DNA from: an uncultured Nitrospiraceae bacterium
Lineage (GTDB): Bacteria; Nitrospirota; Nitrospiria; Nitrospirales; Nitrospiraceae
DNA length: 32,000 nucleotides
Assembly (NCBI GenBank): GCA_963821465.1
Contig: CAWGDV010000029.1
Location: forward strand, 392,597-424,596
Direction of reading: 5' to 3'
Part shown: positions 9,014 through 17,339 of the stretch, in pieces
How the letters are laid out: each line of letters opens with the position of its first letter
Numbering within the stretch: the stretch's first letter is position 1
Notes under the pieces: model-generated
Told to the model about the DNA's origin: nothing
What the model saw: the letters and a program-made list of their open reading frames with translations, nothing else
Database searches by the model: none
Program-made: the position numbers and the translations under genes

Positions 9014-9180
9014 CACTGGCGGATCTTGGTATCCAGCTCGACCTCTTCCGGCGAAGGAGGCATCTTCGCGTTACGCCGCTGAGCCTCCAACCGTTTCAGT
9101 TTCGTGACCAATTCCTGCGGAACACCCTTGGGAATACCGCCGTGACCAACTAGAATCACTCCTCGTGTCGTGGTCGCCAT
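8671..9180 (-). CDS. cbiX: CbiX(S)-type sirohydrochlorin chelatase
   Basis: 169 aa with ILVGHGG near the N-terminus and TPGGSHSEVEIPE, characteristic of small CbiX/SirB chelatases. Confidence 0.8.
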   Translation of the reverse strand: MATTTRGVILVGHGGIPKGVPQELVTKLKRLEAQRRNAKMPPSPEEVELDTKIRQWPRTPETDPYQSGLEAVAAQLRANLGEVLFAVAYNEFCAPTLEESVEELIKKGATHITVTTTMFTPGGSHSEVEIPEILDHLRPQHPGIELRYAWPFDLNLVANTLTEQVKRFS

Positions 9181-9225
9181 CTCATTACCCCTCTTGTTGA
9201 TACTCGCGCCCGGTTACACTCATAT

Positions 9226-9591
9226 TCAGCCCGTCGTCGCCTCCAGATATTCCTGTAAATTGGTCTTGCCGTAGCGACTGTCCTGGTACACTTTTCGAAT
9301 AAATCCTGCCACCAAAGCCATCACCTTTTTCACCGCGGGGGTCTTCTCAGGATCTGTGGCCGGCAAGAGACGGACGGTGATCGCCTTCTCGTGAAGCTTG
9401 AGCTGGACAAAGAAGGTGCACGGAACCCCGTTTTCGATCGCAACCGAATCCAGCAGCGCCTCTTTGCCGCTCCGTGCGAGAAAGAACTCCTGGACTTTGA
9501 GGATCTCGCTCCCCGCCCGATGAATGATCGGTGTGAAGGCCTGATATAAGCCCTGCAGATCCCCGGCTTCTTCTATGACAACATGCGGCAT
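9226..9591 (-). CDS. hypothetical protein
   Basis: 121-aa ORF starting 12 nt after the ybgA-like stop and ending 45 nt before cbiX. No recognisable domain. Confidence 0.6.
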   Translation of the reverse strand: MPHVVIEEAGDLQGLYQAFTPIIHRAGSEILKVQEFFLARSGKEALLDSVAIENGVPCTFFVQLKLHEKAITVRLLPATDPEKTPAVKKVMALVAGFIRKVYQDSRYGKTNLQEYLEATTG

Positions 9592-9603
9592 GTTTCTTCC
9601 TTT

Positions 9604-10557
9604 CTACACATGATTGCGCAACATGAGTTCCTTCGGATGCGGATTGAGATAGACCTGATCACGAATGTAGCCGACATCGAAGATCTGGACGTAGTGTTTG
9701 ATCAGCGTCAGAGGGACAACCAAGGGCGTGAGCTCCTGATGATAATCACCGATCACGCCCAATAGCTCGGCTTTCTCGTGAGCGCCGAGCCGCCCCTTGA
9801 AATACCCCAGGATGTGTTGGAGTACGTTCACATGTTTGCGCACCGTCGCTTTCACGGCCAATGCCTTCATGAACAGTTCCCCGTATCGGTGAGCGAGCTC
9901 CTTGGGACGGTGCTGATGCGCCTGACCGACCAGCCGCCCAAGCACCTCGCATTGCTGCGGACTATGGGCCAACAGTAAATATTTATGGACCATGTGGAAC
10001 TGCATCAGAGCCTGCCTCGTGACGCCACTCTGCACGAGATCCTGCCAGCGGCGGTAACAGAAGACTCGCTCGATAAAATTCTCCCTGAGCGTAGGCTCGC
10101 AGAGCCGCCCCTCTTCCTCAACCGGAATCAGCGGAAACTGTTCGATAAAGGCCCGAGCAAATAGTCCGACTCCGTTCCGGCTGGGTATTCCATGCTCATT
10201 GTAGAGACGAACTCGCTCGATCCCGCAGCTCGGCGAGCCTTTCTTAAATACGTACCCGGATAAATCCAAACTCTTAAGTCCCTCGATACGATGCGTGGCC
10301 ATCGTCTCTAGTGCGCGCGTGTGATCTGTCCCACTCTTGATCGTCACGAGCCGTGGATTCTGAAGATCGCCGACCAATCGCATCGCCTCGCGAGGAGTGC
10401 CCAGTCCTGCCTCAACCTCCGGACAGACCGGGACCCACTCCACATAGCGGCCAAACACATCGGTCAGAAAACTGTCCCGCTTATGTCCCCCATCGAACCG
10501 GACTTCGTCTCCGATGAGGCAACGGCTGATCCCAAGACGGAGCGCCACGGTCGTCAT
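9604..10557 (-). CDS. YbgA-like DUF523/DUF1722 protein
   Basis: The N-terminal DUF523 pattern (GISRCLIGDEVRFDGGHK..VPVCPEV) is followed by the DUF1722 helical part (..HYLLLAHSPQ..). The ATG at 10557 overlaps the photolyase stop (ATGA), so the start was moved from 10650. Confidence 0.85.
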   Translation of the reverse strand: MTTVALRLGISRCLIGDEVRFDGGHKRDSFLTDVFGRYVEWVPVCPEVEAGLGTPREAMRLVGDLQNPRLVTIKSGTDHTRALETMATHRIEGLKSLDLSGYVFKKGSPSCGIERVRLYNEHGIPSRNGVGLFARAFIEQFPLIPVEEEGRLCEPTLRENFIERVFCYRRWQDLVQSGVTRQALMQFHMVHKYLLLAHSPQQCEVLGRLVGQAHQHRPKELAHRYGELFMKALAVKATVRKHVNVLQHILGYFKGRLGAHEKAELLGVIGDYHQELTPLVVPLTLIKHYVQIFDVGYIRDQVYLNPHPKELMLRNHV

Positions 10558-12002
10558 CTCGTCACCAGTTGCTTGCCAAGGGCTAAATACTCCTCGCGGG
10601 CTTGCCGGTGATCCACGATGGGCGAAGAATAGTCTGTGCCGATACGGCATCCCGCCAGGGTCTGTTCTTCCTGGGTCATCAGATGCGGCGCATGAATCCG
10701 GTCAGTCGGAACGCCTGCAAGCTCCGGCACATACTGCCGAATGTACGCGCCGTCGGGATCGAACTTCCTGCTCTGCAGCATAGGATTGAAAATTCTGTAC
10801 CCCGGCATGGAGTCCGTCCCGGTCGAGGAGGCCCATTGCCAATTGCCGTTATTGGCCGCAAGGTCGGCATCGACCAGTTGCTGCATGAAATAGCGCTCTC
10901 CGCTTTGCCAATCGATGCGAAGATCTTTGATGAGAAACGACGCCACGACCATCCGCACGCGATTGTGCATCCATCCGGTCTGGTTCAACTGCCGCATGCC
11001 TGCATCCACCAGCGGATAACCGGTTCGTCCGTCACACCAGGCGGCATAGAGCCGATTCCACTCCGCTCCCGCCGGACGGGGTCTCGGCAGTCCGTCCTTG
11101 CTTCGGAACGGACCGGAGACCACTTGTGGAAACGCGGACAAGATTTGTTGGAAAAACTCACGCCAGATCAATTCATCGATCCAGGTGAGCACGTCGCGCC
11201 GCGATACGCGGCCTCCTGCCGCGAACGTGCCTAAGGCCGCATGCACGGCGGTTCGCACCGAGAGAGTTCCGAACCGGAAGTGGGGGGACAGTTTGGATGT
11301 CCCGTCGATCGCGGGGAGATTCCGTCCTTTAACGTACCTGTGAATGGGGCCATTAAGAAACCAGCGAAGCCGTCGCTGCGATTCCTTCTCTCCCGGTTTG
11401 ATGAACAAGGGGGCTGTCTGATAGCCGAGATCTTCCACCGTCGGTAGCGCGATCCGGTGTGACAAAGCACCGGAGCGCTGGACTCGCAGCCTGACGGCGG
11501 AGGGAAGGAGCGGCGGAGTCGCGGCGTGCCACTTGGTCCACCACCGGGCACGATAGGCGCTGTATCGCTGCAAAGGATCTCCCGTCGATCCTCTGATCTC
11601 TTCGGCCTCGAAGACCACATGGTCCTTGTACGTGTGGACCGCCACACCACGGGTCATCAGCGCCTGCTGGACTTTCCGATCTCGCTCGATCGCCGCCGGC
11701 TCGTAATCGCGATTCCAATAGACCGCATCGGCCTTGACGTCCGCGACGAAACGGATCACCTCCTCGATTTGATTCCCCCGGCGCCACTGCAGGGCCAGTC
11801 CTAGAACGGCCAGGGCACCGGCAAGCTCGTCGAGACAGGAGAGCATGAACGTCACGCAGGGCGAGCCAAACTGCCGTGAGCGCAAGAGGGGATCGTCAAA
11901 TACGAAGAGAGGAATGACGTCGTCGCAATTTGCGCAGGCGGCAGTGAGTGCCGGTTGGTCCTGCAGCCGTAGGTCCCGTCTGATCCAGACAACCCCTCTC
12001 AT
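10554..12002 (-). CDS. phr: deoxyribodipyrimidine (CPD) photolyase
   Basis: N-terminus VWIRRDLRLQDQPAL and the FAD-binding region TGYPLVDAGMRQL..GWMHNRVRMVVASFL..DADLAANNGNWQW are present. SD GGAGGA lies upstream. Confidence 0.9.
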   Translation of the reverse strand: MRGVVWIRRDLRLQDQPALTAACANCDDVIPLFVFDDPLLRSRQFGSPCVTFMLSCLDELAGALAVLGLALQWRRGNQIEEVIRFVADVKADAVYWNRDYEPAAIERDRKVQQALMTRGVAVHTYKDHVVFEAEEIRGSTGDPLQRYSAYRARWWTKWHAATPPLLPSAVRLRVQRSGALSHRIALPTVEDLGYQTAPLFIKPGEKESQRRLRWFLNGPIHRYVKGRNLPAIDGTSKLSPHFRFGTLSVRTAVHAALGTFAAGGRVSRRDVLTWIDELIWREFFQQILSAFPQVVSGPFRSKDGLPRPRPAGAEWNRLYAAWCDGRTGYPLVDAGMRQLNQTGWMHNRVRMVVASFLIKDLRIDWQSGERYFMQQLVDADLAANNGNWQWASSTGTDSMPGYRIFNPMLQSRKFDPDGAYIRQYVPELAGVPTDRIHAPHLMTQEEQTLAGCRIGTDYSSPIVDHRQAREEYLALGKQLVTR

Positions 12003-12256
12003 CAGGGTAATTCCTCCGATACAGGGATGGGGTACTTTGCTCCCAGGTCTTCATCCGTAACAAAGGCCCGTCACCAGGTCATATACGCGACAAACAACAT
12101 AGTCGTGGCCGCGAATCATGATCGAACAGGATGCAAGGGCCAGCTAGCGGATAAGCGCCGCGATGACCTCGATCATTTCCCTTGCAGTGCGCCCGTTACC
12201 TCGAAGTCGTAAGGACGACTGATTCACGTGACCCTCCAACGAGAGCACCCGAGACT

Positions 12257-12844
12257 TCACTGTATACTTCCCGTGCGCCAATTCCGCAGCCACTTCGATC
12301 GTATAAGCCTGTACCCGAGCCAGGCCACGAGCAGCACTCCTAGCAGTGGGCCTGCCACGGTGCGCACCAGCTTCTGATAATCGGTCATCTGTACCCGCAA
12401 GAGATACTGCGGGCGCCGCATCAGATTCTGCTTCTCCGTCGCAATGATGACCGTATACAGGCCCTCGTCCAGCCGGGCTTCGCCCCGGAGCACGCCGTCT
12501 GGGTGGGTACTCGGACGAATATCTGCCACAATCTCACCTTCTGCCTCATTGCTCCAGTTACCCTTCACTACCCTCATGCCGACCGGCTCGTTGCGCAACT
12601 CTGGGTCCACGAGGTCCACGACCAGGAAGGTGTCGCCATTCTTTGGAATATCTGTGCAGTATTGGTCTTTCAACTGGTATTGCGGCTGATAGGCGCTGAA
12701 ATGCACCACGCGCTCACCGACTTGGCGCAAGCAGGGGTCGTCTTCTCCGCTCGCTGTCCCATGTGCCGCGGCTATGTCGGGGTGGTAGAGTGCTACTACA
12801 AGAATGAGTGCCATAGAGCTTGCCTGTGTGACTTGCCTAATCAT
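12257..12844 (-). CDS. exported hypothetical protein with C-terminal membrane anchor
   Basis: 195-aa ORF with a signal-like N-terminus and a C-terminal TM (GPLLGVLLVAWLGY). Its start overlaps the PDZ gene stop (ATGA at 12841-12844). Confidence 0.6.
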   Translation of the reverse strand: MIRQVTQASSMALILVVALYHPDIAAAHGTASGEDDPCLRQVGERVVHFSAYQPQYQLKDQYCTDIPKNGDTFLVVDLVDPELRNEPVGMRVVKGNWSNEAEGEIVADIRPSTHPDGVLRGEARLDEGLYTVIIATEKQNLMRRPQYLLRVQMTDYQKLVRTVAGPLLGVLLVAWLGYRLIRSKWLRNWRTGSIQ

Positions 12845-13329
12845 GGCCGAACCCTCCCATGTGATCCCATCTCGCCCTTATAGAGTTTTTCGCCGGCGAT
12901 ACGTGTGACCGCAATTTCGCGCAGCCCCCCGTCTCCCTTCACGCCCAGTTTCACCGCTGTGCCCGCTTCGCCGCGCACCATCTGTATCACCTGTTCATAG
13001 GTCTTGCCGGTGACTGCCGCACCGTTCACCGTCACCACTTCATCCCCGTGTTTGAGGCCTGCTTGCTGTGCAGGGCTCTCCGGATGCACATGGTTCACGT
13101 ACAGCGAAGCCGGATCGCCGATACGTTCCGCCCCCACATGCAACGACACCCCAATCACACCGTTCGGCAGGTCGGCATCGTCTCCATGCGGTCGCTGGGC
13201 CTGATTCCCTGGCTTGTCGTACCCTTCAGCCGCCCAGATCTCGCCTGTCTTCCCTGATAGTTGAAACAACACGACGGTCAGTACACTCAGCAGTACTGCG
13301 GAGGTGATGCTGATCTTGTTGGTCGTCAT
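12841..13329 (-). CDS. membrane-anchored or exported PDZ-domain protein
   Basis: PDZ signature GVSLHVG..VNHVHPESPAQQAGLKHGDEVVTVNG..V. N-terminal hydrophobic segment. SD AAGGAGG. Confidence 0.75.
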   Translation of the reverse strand: MTTNKISITSAVLLSVLTVVLFQLSGKTGEIWAAEGYDKPGNQAQRPHGDDADLPNGVIGVSLHVGAERIGDPASLYVNHVHPESPAQQAGLKHGDEVVTVNGAAVTGKTYEQVIQMVRGEAGTAVKLGVKGDGGLREIAVTRIAGEKLYKGEMGSHGRVRP

Positions 13330-13442
13330 GTGAATGCCTCCTTGTTAACTACAATGATTGCAACTTCGATTACACACAGTCCCGCGAGCGGCACGAGTGA
13401 ATTCAGATATACCGATCGCTAGGGGCCATGGGACACCCTCCG

Positions 13443-14357
13443 TTATCCCTTCGTCATGATCGCCCGCAAGGCCGGTTCCAGTGTCGGGTAGTGAAAGATG
13501 TATCCCCCGGCGAGCGCCTTCCCCGGACTAACCCGTTGGCCCGTGGTCATGAGCGTCCCCAGTTCACCCAGTGCCAGGTGTAATGCGAAACCCGGCACGG
13601 GCAGCCAGGATGGCCGGTGGAGGACTCGTCCGAGTACCTCACAGAAGGTGTTCATCGTCACAGCCTCTGGAGCCACCGCATTGAGGGGACCAGCGACGCT
13701 CGGCGTCGTGAGTACCCACTGGATCAGACCGATGTGATCACCTCGATGGATCCACGACACCCACTGAGTTCCCGGCATGACCGGGCCGCCCGCAAAGAGC
13801 TGGAACGGCAACAGCATCTTCGGCAAGGCACCGCCGTCTTGCTCGAGCACCATCCCGGTCCGCAACATGACGACTCGCACACCGAATTCCGCAGCCCGAA
13901 GCGCCTCCGCTTCCCATGCAAGACAGAGATCGGCCAGAAAGCCTTGGCCGCGAACGGCGCCCTCATCCAATATACGATCGTCGCTGGGCCCGTAGTAGCC
14001 GATACCGGAGGCGCTGATCAGCGTACACGATTTCGAGGACCGGCGAGACAGGGCTTCTACCAGTAGATGAGTGGTGAGGACCCGGCTTTCCGTGAGGAGG
14101 TGCTTACGGGTATCAGTCCAGCGCTCATCGGCAATCGGCGCACCGGCCAGATTGATGACGGCATCGGCACCTTCGAGACAGTGCTCCCATCCTCCCGCAT
14201 TCTGGCCATTCCACTCGACGACCGTGACGTTTGAGCCACAGGACCGTTGCGCTTGAATCCTTCTCGTGAGGAGGGTGATCCGATGGCCCTCCTGACAGAG
14301 AGCGGCACATAAGGGCCGACCGATGAACCCCGTTCCGCCGGTAATAACAATCTGCAT
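13443..14357 (-). CDS. TIGR01777 (YfcH/SDR39U1-like) epimerase-family protein with DUF1731 C-terminus
   Basis: Rossmann motif ITGGTGFIGRPL, 304 aa in length, with a C-terminal ..GQRVSPGKALAGGYIFHYPTLEPAL typical of this family. Confidence 0.85.
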   Translation of the reverse strand: MQIVITGGTGFIGRPLCAALCQEGHRITLLTRRIQAQRSCGSNVTVVEWNGQNAGGWEHCLEGADAVINLAGAPIADERWTDTRKHLLTESRVLTTHLLVEALSRRSSKSCTLISASGIGYYGPSDDRILDEGAVRGQGFLADLCLAWEAEALRAAEFGVRVVMLRTGMVLEQDGGALPKMLLPFQLFAGGPVMPGTQWVSWIHRGDHIGLIQWVLTTPSVAGPLNAVAPEAVTMNTFCEVLGRVLHRPSWLPVPGFALHLALGELGTLMTTGQRVSPGKALAGGYIFHYPTLEPALRAIMTKG

Positions 14358-14402
14358 GGTCTCATTTCCCTACCAGGTCTCCCGCACGGGACCGACAAGT
14401 GG

Positions 14403-14726
14403 CTAGTCGCCGTGCTGCTTGTCGCTCCCATGGCCGTTCCGATCTTGCCCCTCTGACATATCTCGATCTACCCGTTGAGCATACTTTCGCTGCTTCACGC
14501 CGTGTAAGAGATCCGGCATCGGGTTCAATCGGTTCTGAAGAATGACCGGGTCGATGACCTCGCCACAACTGGTGCAACGCACACCCGTGATGCCGATTTG
14601 ACCAGTATCGTCTTGGAGGTCCAGGTAATACTCCTTGATCATCAATCCCCCGCAACGCGTGCAGGTGCCTTCGCCGGCTTGCGAAGTGGAGCGTGGACGA
14701 TTGTCTGGTCTCCCATTCGATTCCAC
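14403..14726 (-). CDS. small C4 zinc-ribbon protein, uncharacterised family (paralog of 21127-21423)
   Basis: CTRCGGLMIKEYYLDLQDDTGQIGITGVRCTSCGEVIDPVILQNR aligns residue-for-residue with the second copy (CxxC-x22-CxxC). The frame choice is supported by this conservation. The SD is weak. Confidence 0.7.
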   Translation of the reverse strand: MESNGRPDNRPRSTSQAGEGTCTRCGGLMIKEYYLDLQDDTGQIGITGVRCTSCGEVIDPVILQNRLNPMPDLLHGVKQRKYAQRVDRDMSEGQDRNGHGSDKQHGD

Positions 14727-14768
14727 TGGAACCCTCGATGGCGATCACAATGCTCAACTGGGTGCTCC

Positions 14769-14894
14769 TCACCTGACTCGAAACCTACCCACTCCGGCCT
14801 GCCGTCGCACCGCCACAGCCGTTCTCCATTGCGCGGCGCATGTCCACCAGCGTAGAGCTACCATTGCCATTACCACCAAGATGATCTGGTCCAT
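14769..14894 (-). CDS. candidate 41-aa membrane mini-protein downstream of amoC
   Basis: The ATG at 14894 is preceded by GAGGAGG at a 5-nt spacing. The product is MDQIILVVMAMVALRWWTCAAQW.. (one TM followed by an Arg-rich tail). It lies in the 280-bp gap between amoC and the zinc-ribbon gene. No homology evidence. Confidence 0.3.
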   Translation of the reverse strand: MDQIILVVMAMVALRWWTCAAQWRTAVAVRRQAGVGRFRVR

Positions 14895-15005
14895 GCTGCC
14901 CTCCTCACCATCTGTCCTCTCGCTAATATCCCAACCGGGTGGTTGGCGGCCCTGCTCTCCGGCATCCGGAGCGCGGGACCAGCCCACCGCAACCAACGGC
15001 CTGAC

Positions 15006-15806
15006 TTAGTACGGGATCACGTGCAAGCAGTCCTTGCTCTCGTTGTTCCAGACCACATCGCACAGGTTCGACATGCGCGCCACAATCTGCGCCGCCACGC
15101 CGCCCGTCCCGCCAAACAACCCGCACCAGCCCAAGGTCACAAAGCCCCAGTGCAACGGCGCGGCAAAGAGTTCATCGACAAACCAGAACGCATGCCCCCA
15201 CTCGTTGAGTCCCACGTTGGGCAGAATCATCATCGGCCCCACGATCGCCCCCACCAAGGGGAACGAGACCGCCTTGCTGAACTGCGGCAGCCGGGTCATG
15301 GCATACAGATAGCTCGCCACGCCACAGGTGATGTACAGCGGGAAGGTGAAGTAGAACGCGATGATATGGCTGGCGGTGAAGCTCGTATCGCGGATGATCA
15401 CCTGATGCCACGACGCGTCCTGCTCCAGGGTGTAGCTCCCCGCCCAATAGACGCCGAACACGTACAGCGCGAGCCACATCATCCAGTAGAAATACCGCTT
15501 GAGTTCGGTCTTGGGATCCACGTTGGCCACGTTGCGATCCCGCGTGCTCCAAATCCATCCCAAGGTCGCGGACGCGAAGATGATGTTGGAAATCACGTTA
15601 AACCGCCACAGGCCCATCCAGACATTCTCGAACTCCGGCGTCATGGAGTCCAAGCCGTGGGAGTAGCCGAAGACGCGCTGAAAGACGACTTCGGAGCCCA
15701 CCGCCGCCAACATGGCAAACCAGCCGATCTTGAGGGGCCTGGAATCGTACCAGAGCGACATATCATAGCCCCGGTCTGACCCTCCCCACGTTGTTGTACT
15801 CGCCAT
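15006..15806 (-). CDS. amoC: ammonia monooxygenase subunit C (orphan copy, no amoA/amoB adjacent)
   Basis: Long collinear matches to AmoC/PmoC: [84 protein letters not shown]. Confidence 0.95.
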   Translation of the reverse strand: MASTTTWGGSDRGYDMSLWYDSRPLKIGWFAMLAAVGSEVVFQRVFGYSHGLDSMTPEFENVWMGLWRFNVISNIIFASATLGWIWSTRDRNVANVDPKTELKRYFYWMMWLALYVFGVYWAGSYTLEQDASWHQVIIRDTSFTASHIIAFYFTFPLYITCGVASYLYAMTRLPQFSKAVSFPLVGAIVGPMMILPNVGLNEWGHAFWFVDELFAAPLHWGFVTLGWCGLFGGTGGVAAQIVARMSNLCDVVWNNESKDCLHVIPY

Positions 15807-15824
15807 ACCCTAACCTCCTTGTTA

Positions 15825-15841
15825 AGTGATTGAAAATCACT
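15825..15841. promoter_or_regulatory. perfect 7-3-7 palindrome in the amoC 5' leader
   Basis: On the coding strand AGTGATT-TTC-AATCACT lies 7 nt upstream of the amoC SD. It could be an operator or a leader RNA hairpin. Confidence 0.35.
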
Positions 15842-15930
15842 GCGTATTGAGACCCACTCCCCATCTCATCACTGCCGACAGTCCCGCTCCTTCATTCTTG
15901 TCACCCCCTTTCGTGGCTCACCGAGCAGAC

Positions 15931-15999
15931 AGGCCCCTCCGGGGTGTAGGGAGGGGCCTATCTACCTCAGCGGGAGGCGCCGTGCGGAGTCGCGGCGCC
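15931..15999 (-). terminator. two tandem GC-rich hairpins separating the upstream FGE-like gene from amoC
   Basis: AGGCCCCTCC (15931-40) pairs with GGAGGGGCCT (15950-59), and GGCGCCG (15976-82) pairs with CGGCGCC (15993-99). No U-tract, so terminator function is inferred only. Confidence 0.4.
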
Positions 16000-16075
16000 C
16001 ACCAAGACTGGGAAAAGAAACCGGCCTCCGTATCTTTGCTGTGGTCATCTGGTTTCATCGTACTCACCACTTCGT

Positions 16076-16921
16076 CTACTTCTGTTGGGTCTGGCCCTCG
16101 AGACCCCGTGCACAGCGAAAGCCTGTACCATGGGTCTGCAGCGCGAATCCGCCGCGCCCGCGCGCCGTCGTCGTGATGTCCGAGATCGGGCTATGCCAAG
16201 ACCCACCGCGAATCGATCGGACCACGCCTTTTTTCTCAGGACCCTGCGGATTCCGATCCGGCGCATGCTGGTAGTACTCAGCGTCATACCAATCCTGCAC
16301 CCACTCTCGAGCATTACCGGACAGGTCCTTCACCCCGTAGGGTGAGTCGCCGTCGGGCAAGGACCCGACCGGATGCAATGTGTGCTCCTCCTCCCACTCA
16401 CGGTCAAAGTTCGCCCGCTTCGATGTCGCTGGTTCATTGCCCCAAGGAAAGAGACGACCATCGGTGCCGCGAGCGGCCTTCTCCCATTCCGCTTCCGTCG
16501 GGAGCCGCTTCTTGGCCCAACTGCAATAGGCCTTGGCGTCGTACCAGGTAGTCTGCACGACCGGAAGCTGTTCGATTCCCTTCACGGACAGGAGCGGGCC
16601 TGTGCCATAGGGATTCGGAGGGCTTCGATGGCCCGTGGTCGCAACGAACGCCAGATACCGTGCATTCGTCACTTCGACTTGATCGATCGCAAACTCGTCG
16701 AGGTACACAGATCGCTGCGGCCACTCATCTGCCCGGCCTTTTCCTTCCGGATTCCCCATCAAGAATTCTCCAGCCGGAATCGTCACCATGGGGACCGGGT
16801 CAACCTCTTTGGGAACCGGCGGCGCTGCGACGACAGGCGCGATGGCGACGGCACAGACTAGGGCCATCATCGCAACAATAGTGCTCCAGCGAGTTCCTCT
16901 TCTCCTCAGACCTTGCGTCAT
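16076..16921 (-). CDS. periplasmic FGE-sulfatase (SUMF1/PvdO-type) domain protein
   Basis: Start at 16921 (MTQGLRRRGTRWSTIVAMMALVCAVA, signal peptide) overlaps the upstream stop (ATGA). Motifs [25 protein letters not shown] and GFRCAR are present. Confidence 0.85.
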   Translation of the reverse strand: MTQGLRRRGTRWSTIVAMMALVCAVAIAPVVAAPPVPKEVDPVPMVTIPAGEFLMGNPEGKGRADEWPQRSVYLDEFAIDQVEVTNARYLAFVATTGHRSPPNPYGTGPLLSVKGIEQLPVVQTTWYDAKAYCSWAKKRLPTEAEWEKAARGTDGRLFPWGNEPATSKRANFDREWEEEHTLHPVGSLPDGDSPYGVKDLSGNAREWVQDWYDAEYYQHAPDRNPQGPEKKGVVRSIRGGSWHSPISDITTTARGRGGFALQTHGTGFRCARGLEGQTQQK

Positions 16922-17286
16922 TTCTTCTGCTCCTTGCTCCCCTCGATGGCCTTGGTGGTATGGACTTTCACTTGGCTTACGAGACGCTGCACCTGACGCT
17001 CGTCTCCCCGCTCGGCTGCCTCTTGCGCCTGAGTGATGAGGGTTCTGGCTTCGTGCAGGTGCTGCTCGATTTCGGCCTGCAGGGCAGGGGAAGCGACCGT
17101 TCCGCCTAACGCCGCGCGATGATAGACCTCCCACGCCTGGTCCACATCATGCTCGGCCTCATGCACCGTCTGGGCCTTGTCTGGCTGCGGATGCCGGGCC
17201 GGATCGATGGGATCAGCCTGGAGGGGTGAGGCCCCGAGTAGTGCAAGGAGGACAATCCCTGGAAGGAGAATCTTGCCGTGTATCAT
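16918..17286 (-). CDS. exported all-helical protein (weak Spy/CpxP-like flavour)
   Basis: Signal peptide MIHGKILLPGIVLLALLGASPLQA followed by charged helical sequence (LITQAQEAAERGDERQVQRL). Translationally coupled to the downstream FGE-like gene. Confidence 0.6.
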   Translation of the reverse strand: MIHGKILLPGIVLLALLGASPLQADPIDPARHPQPDKAQTVHEAEHDVDQAWEVYHRAALGGTVASPALQAEIEQHLHEARTLITQAQEAAERGDERQVQRLVSQVKVHTTKAIEGSKEQKK

Positions 17287-17339
17287 AGATGCGCCTCCGT
17301 CACGATCAAACCATTAACAATAAACGTTGTAACCGTCTT

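Noticed and set aside
10602-11234. 210-aa plus-strand ORF
   Set aside because: It is antisense to the photolyase gene and has no motifs.
12003-12256. Copy of the ACATT(G/A)GACA box upstream of the photolyase operon
   Set aside because: Only a loose resemblance (GACAAACAACATAGTCG) was found, too weak to claim that the phr promoter shares the operator. This needs a proper motif scan.
14943-15779. 278-aa plus-strand ORF
   Set aside because: It is exactly antisense to amoC, whose identity is unambiguous. The product is Arg/His/Pro-rich and not protein-like.
16922-17134. N-terminal 71-aa extension of the FGE-like ORF 16076-17134
   Set aside because: The extension overlaps the upstream gene in another frame and is Arg/Gly-rich. 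The ATG at 16921 gives a proper signal peptide and an ATGA coupling.
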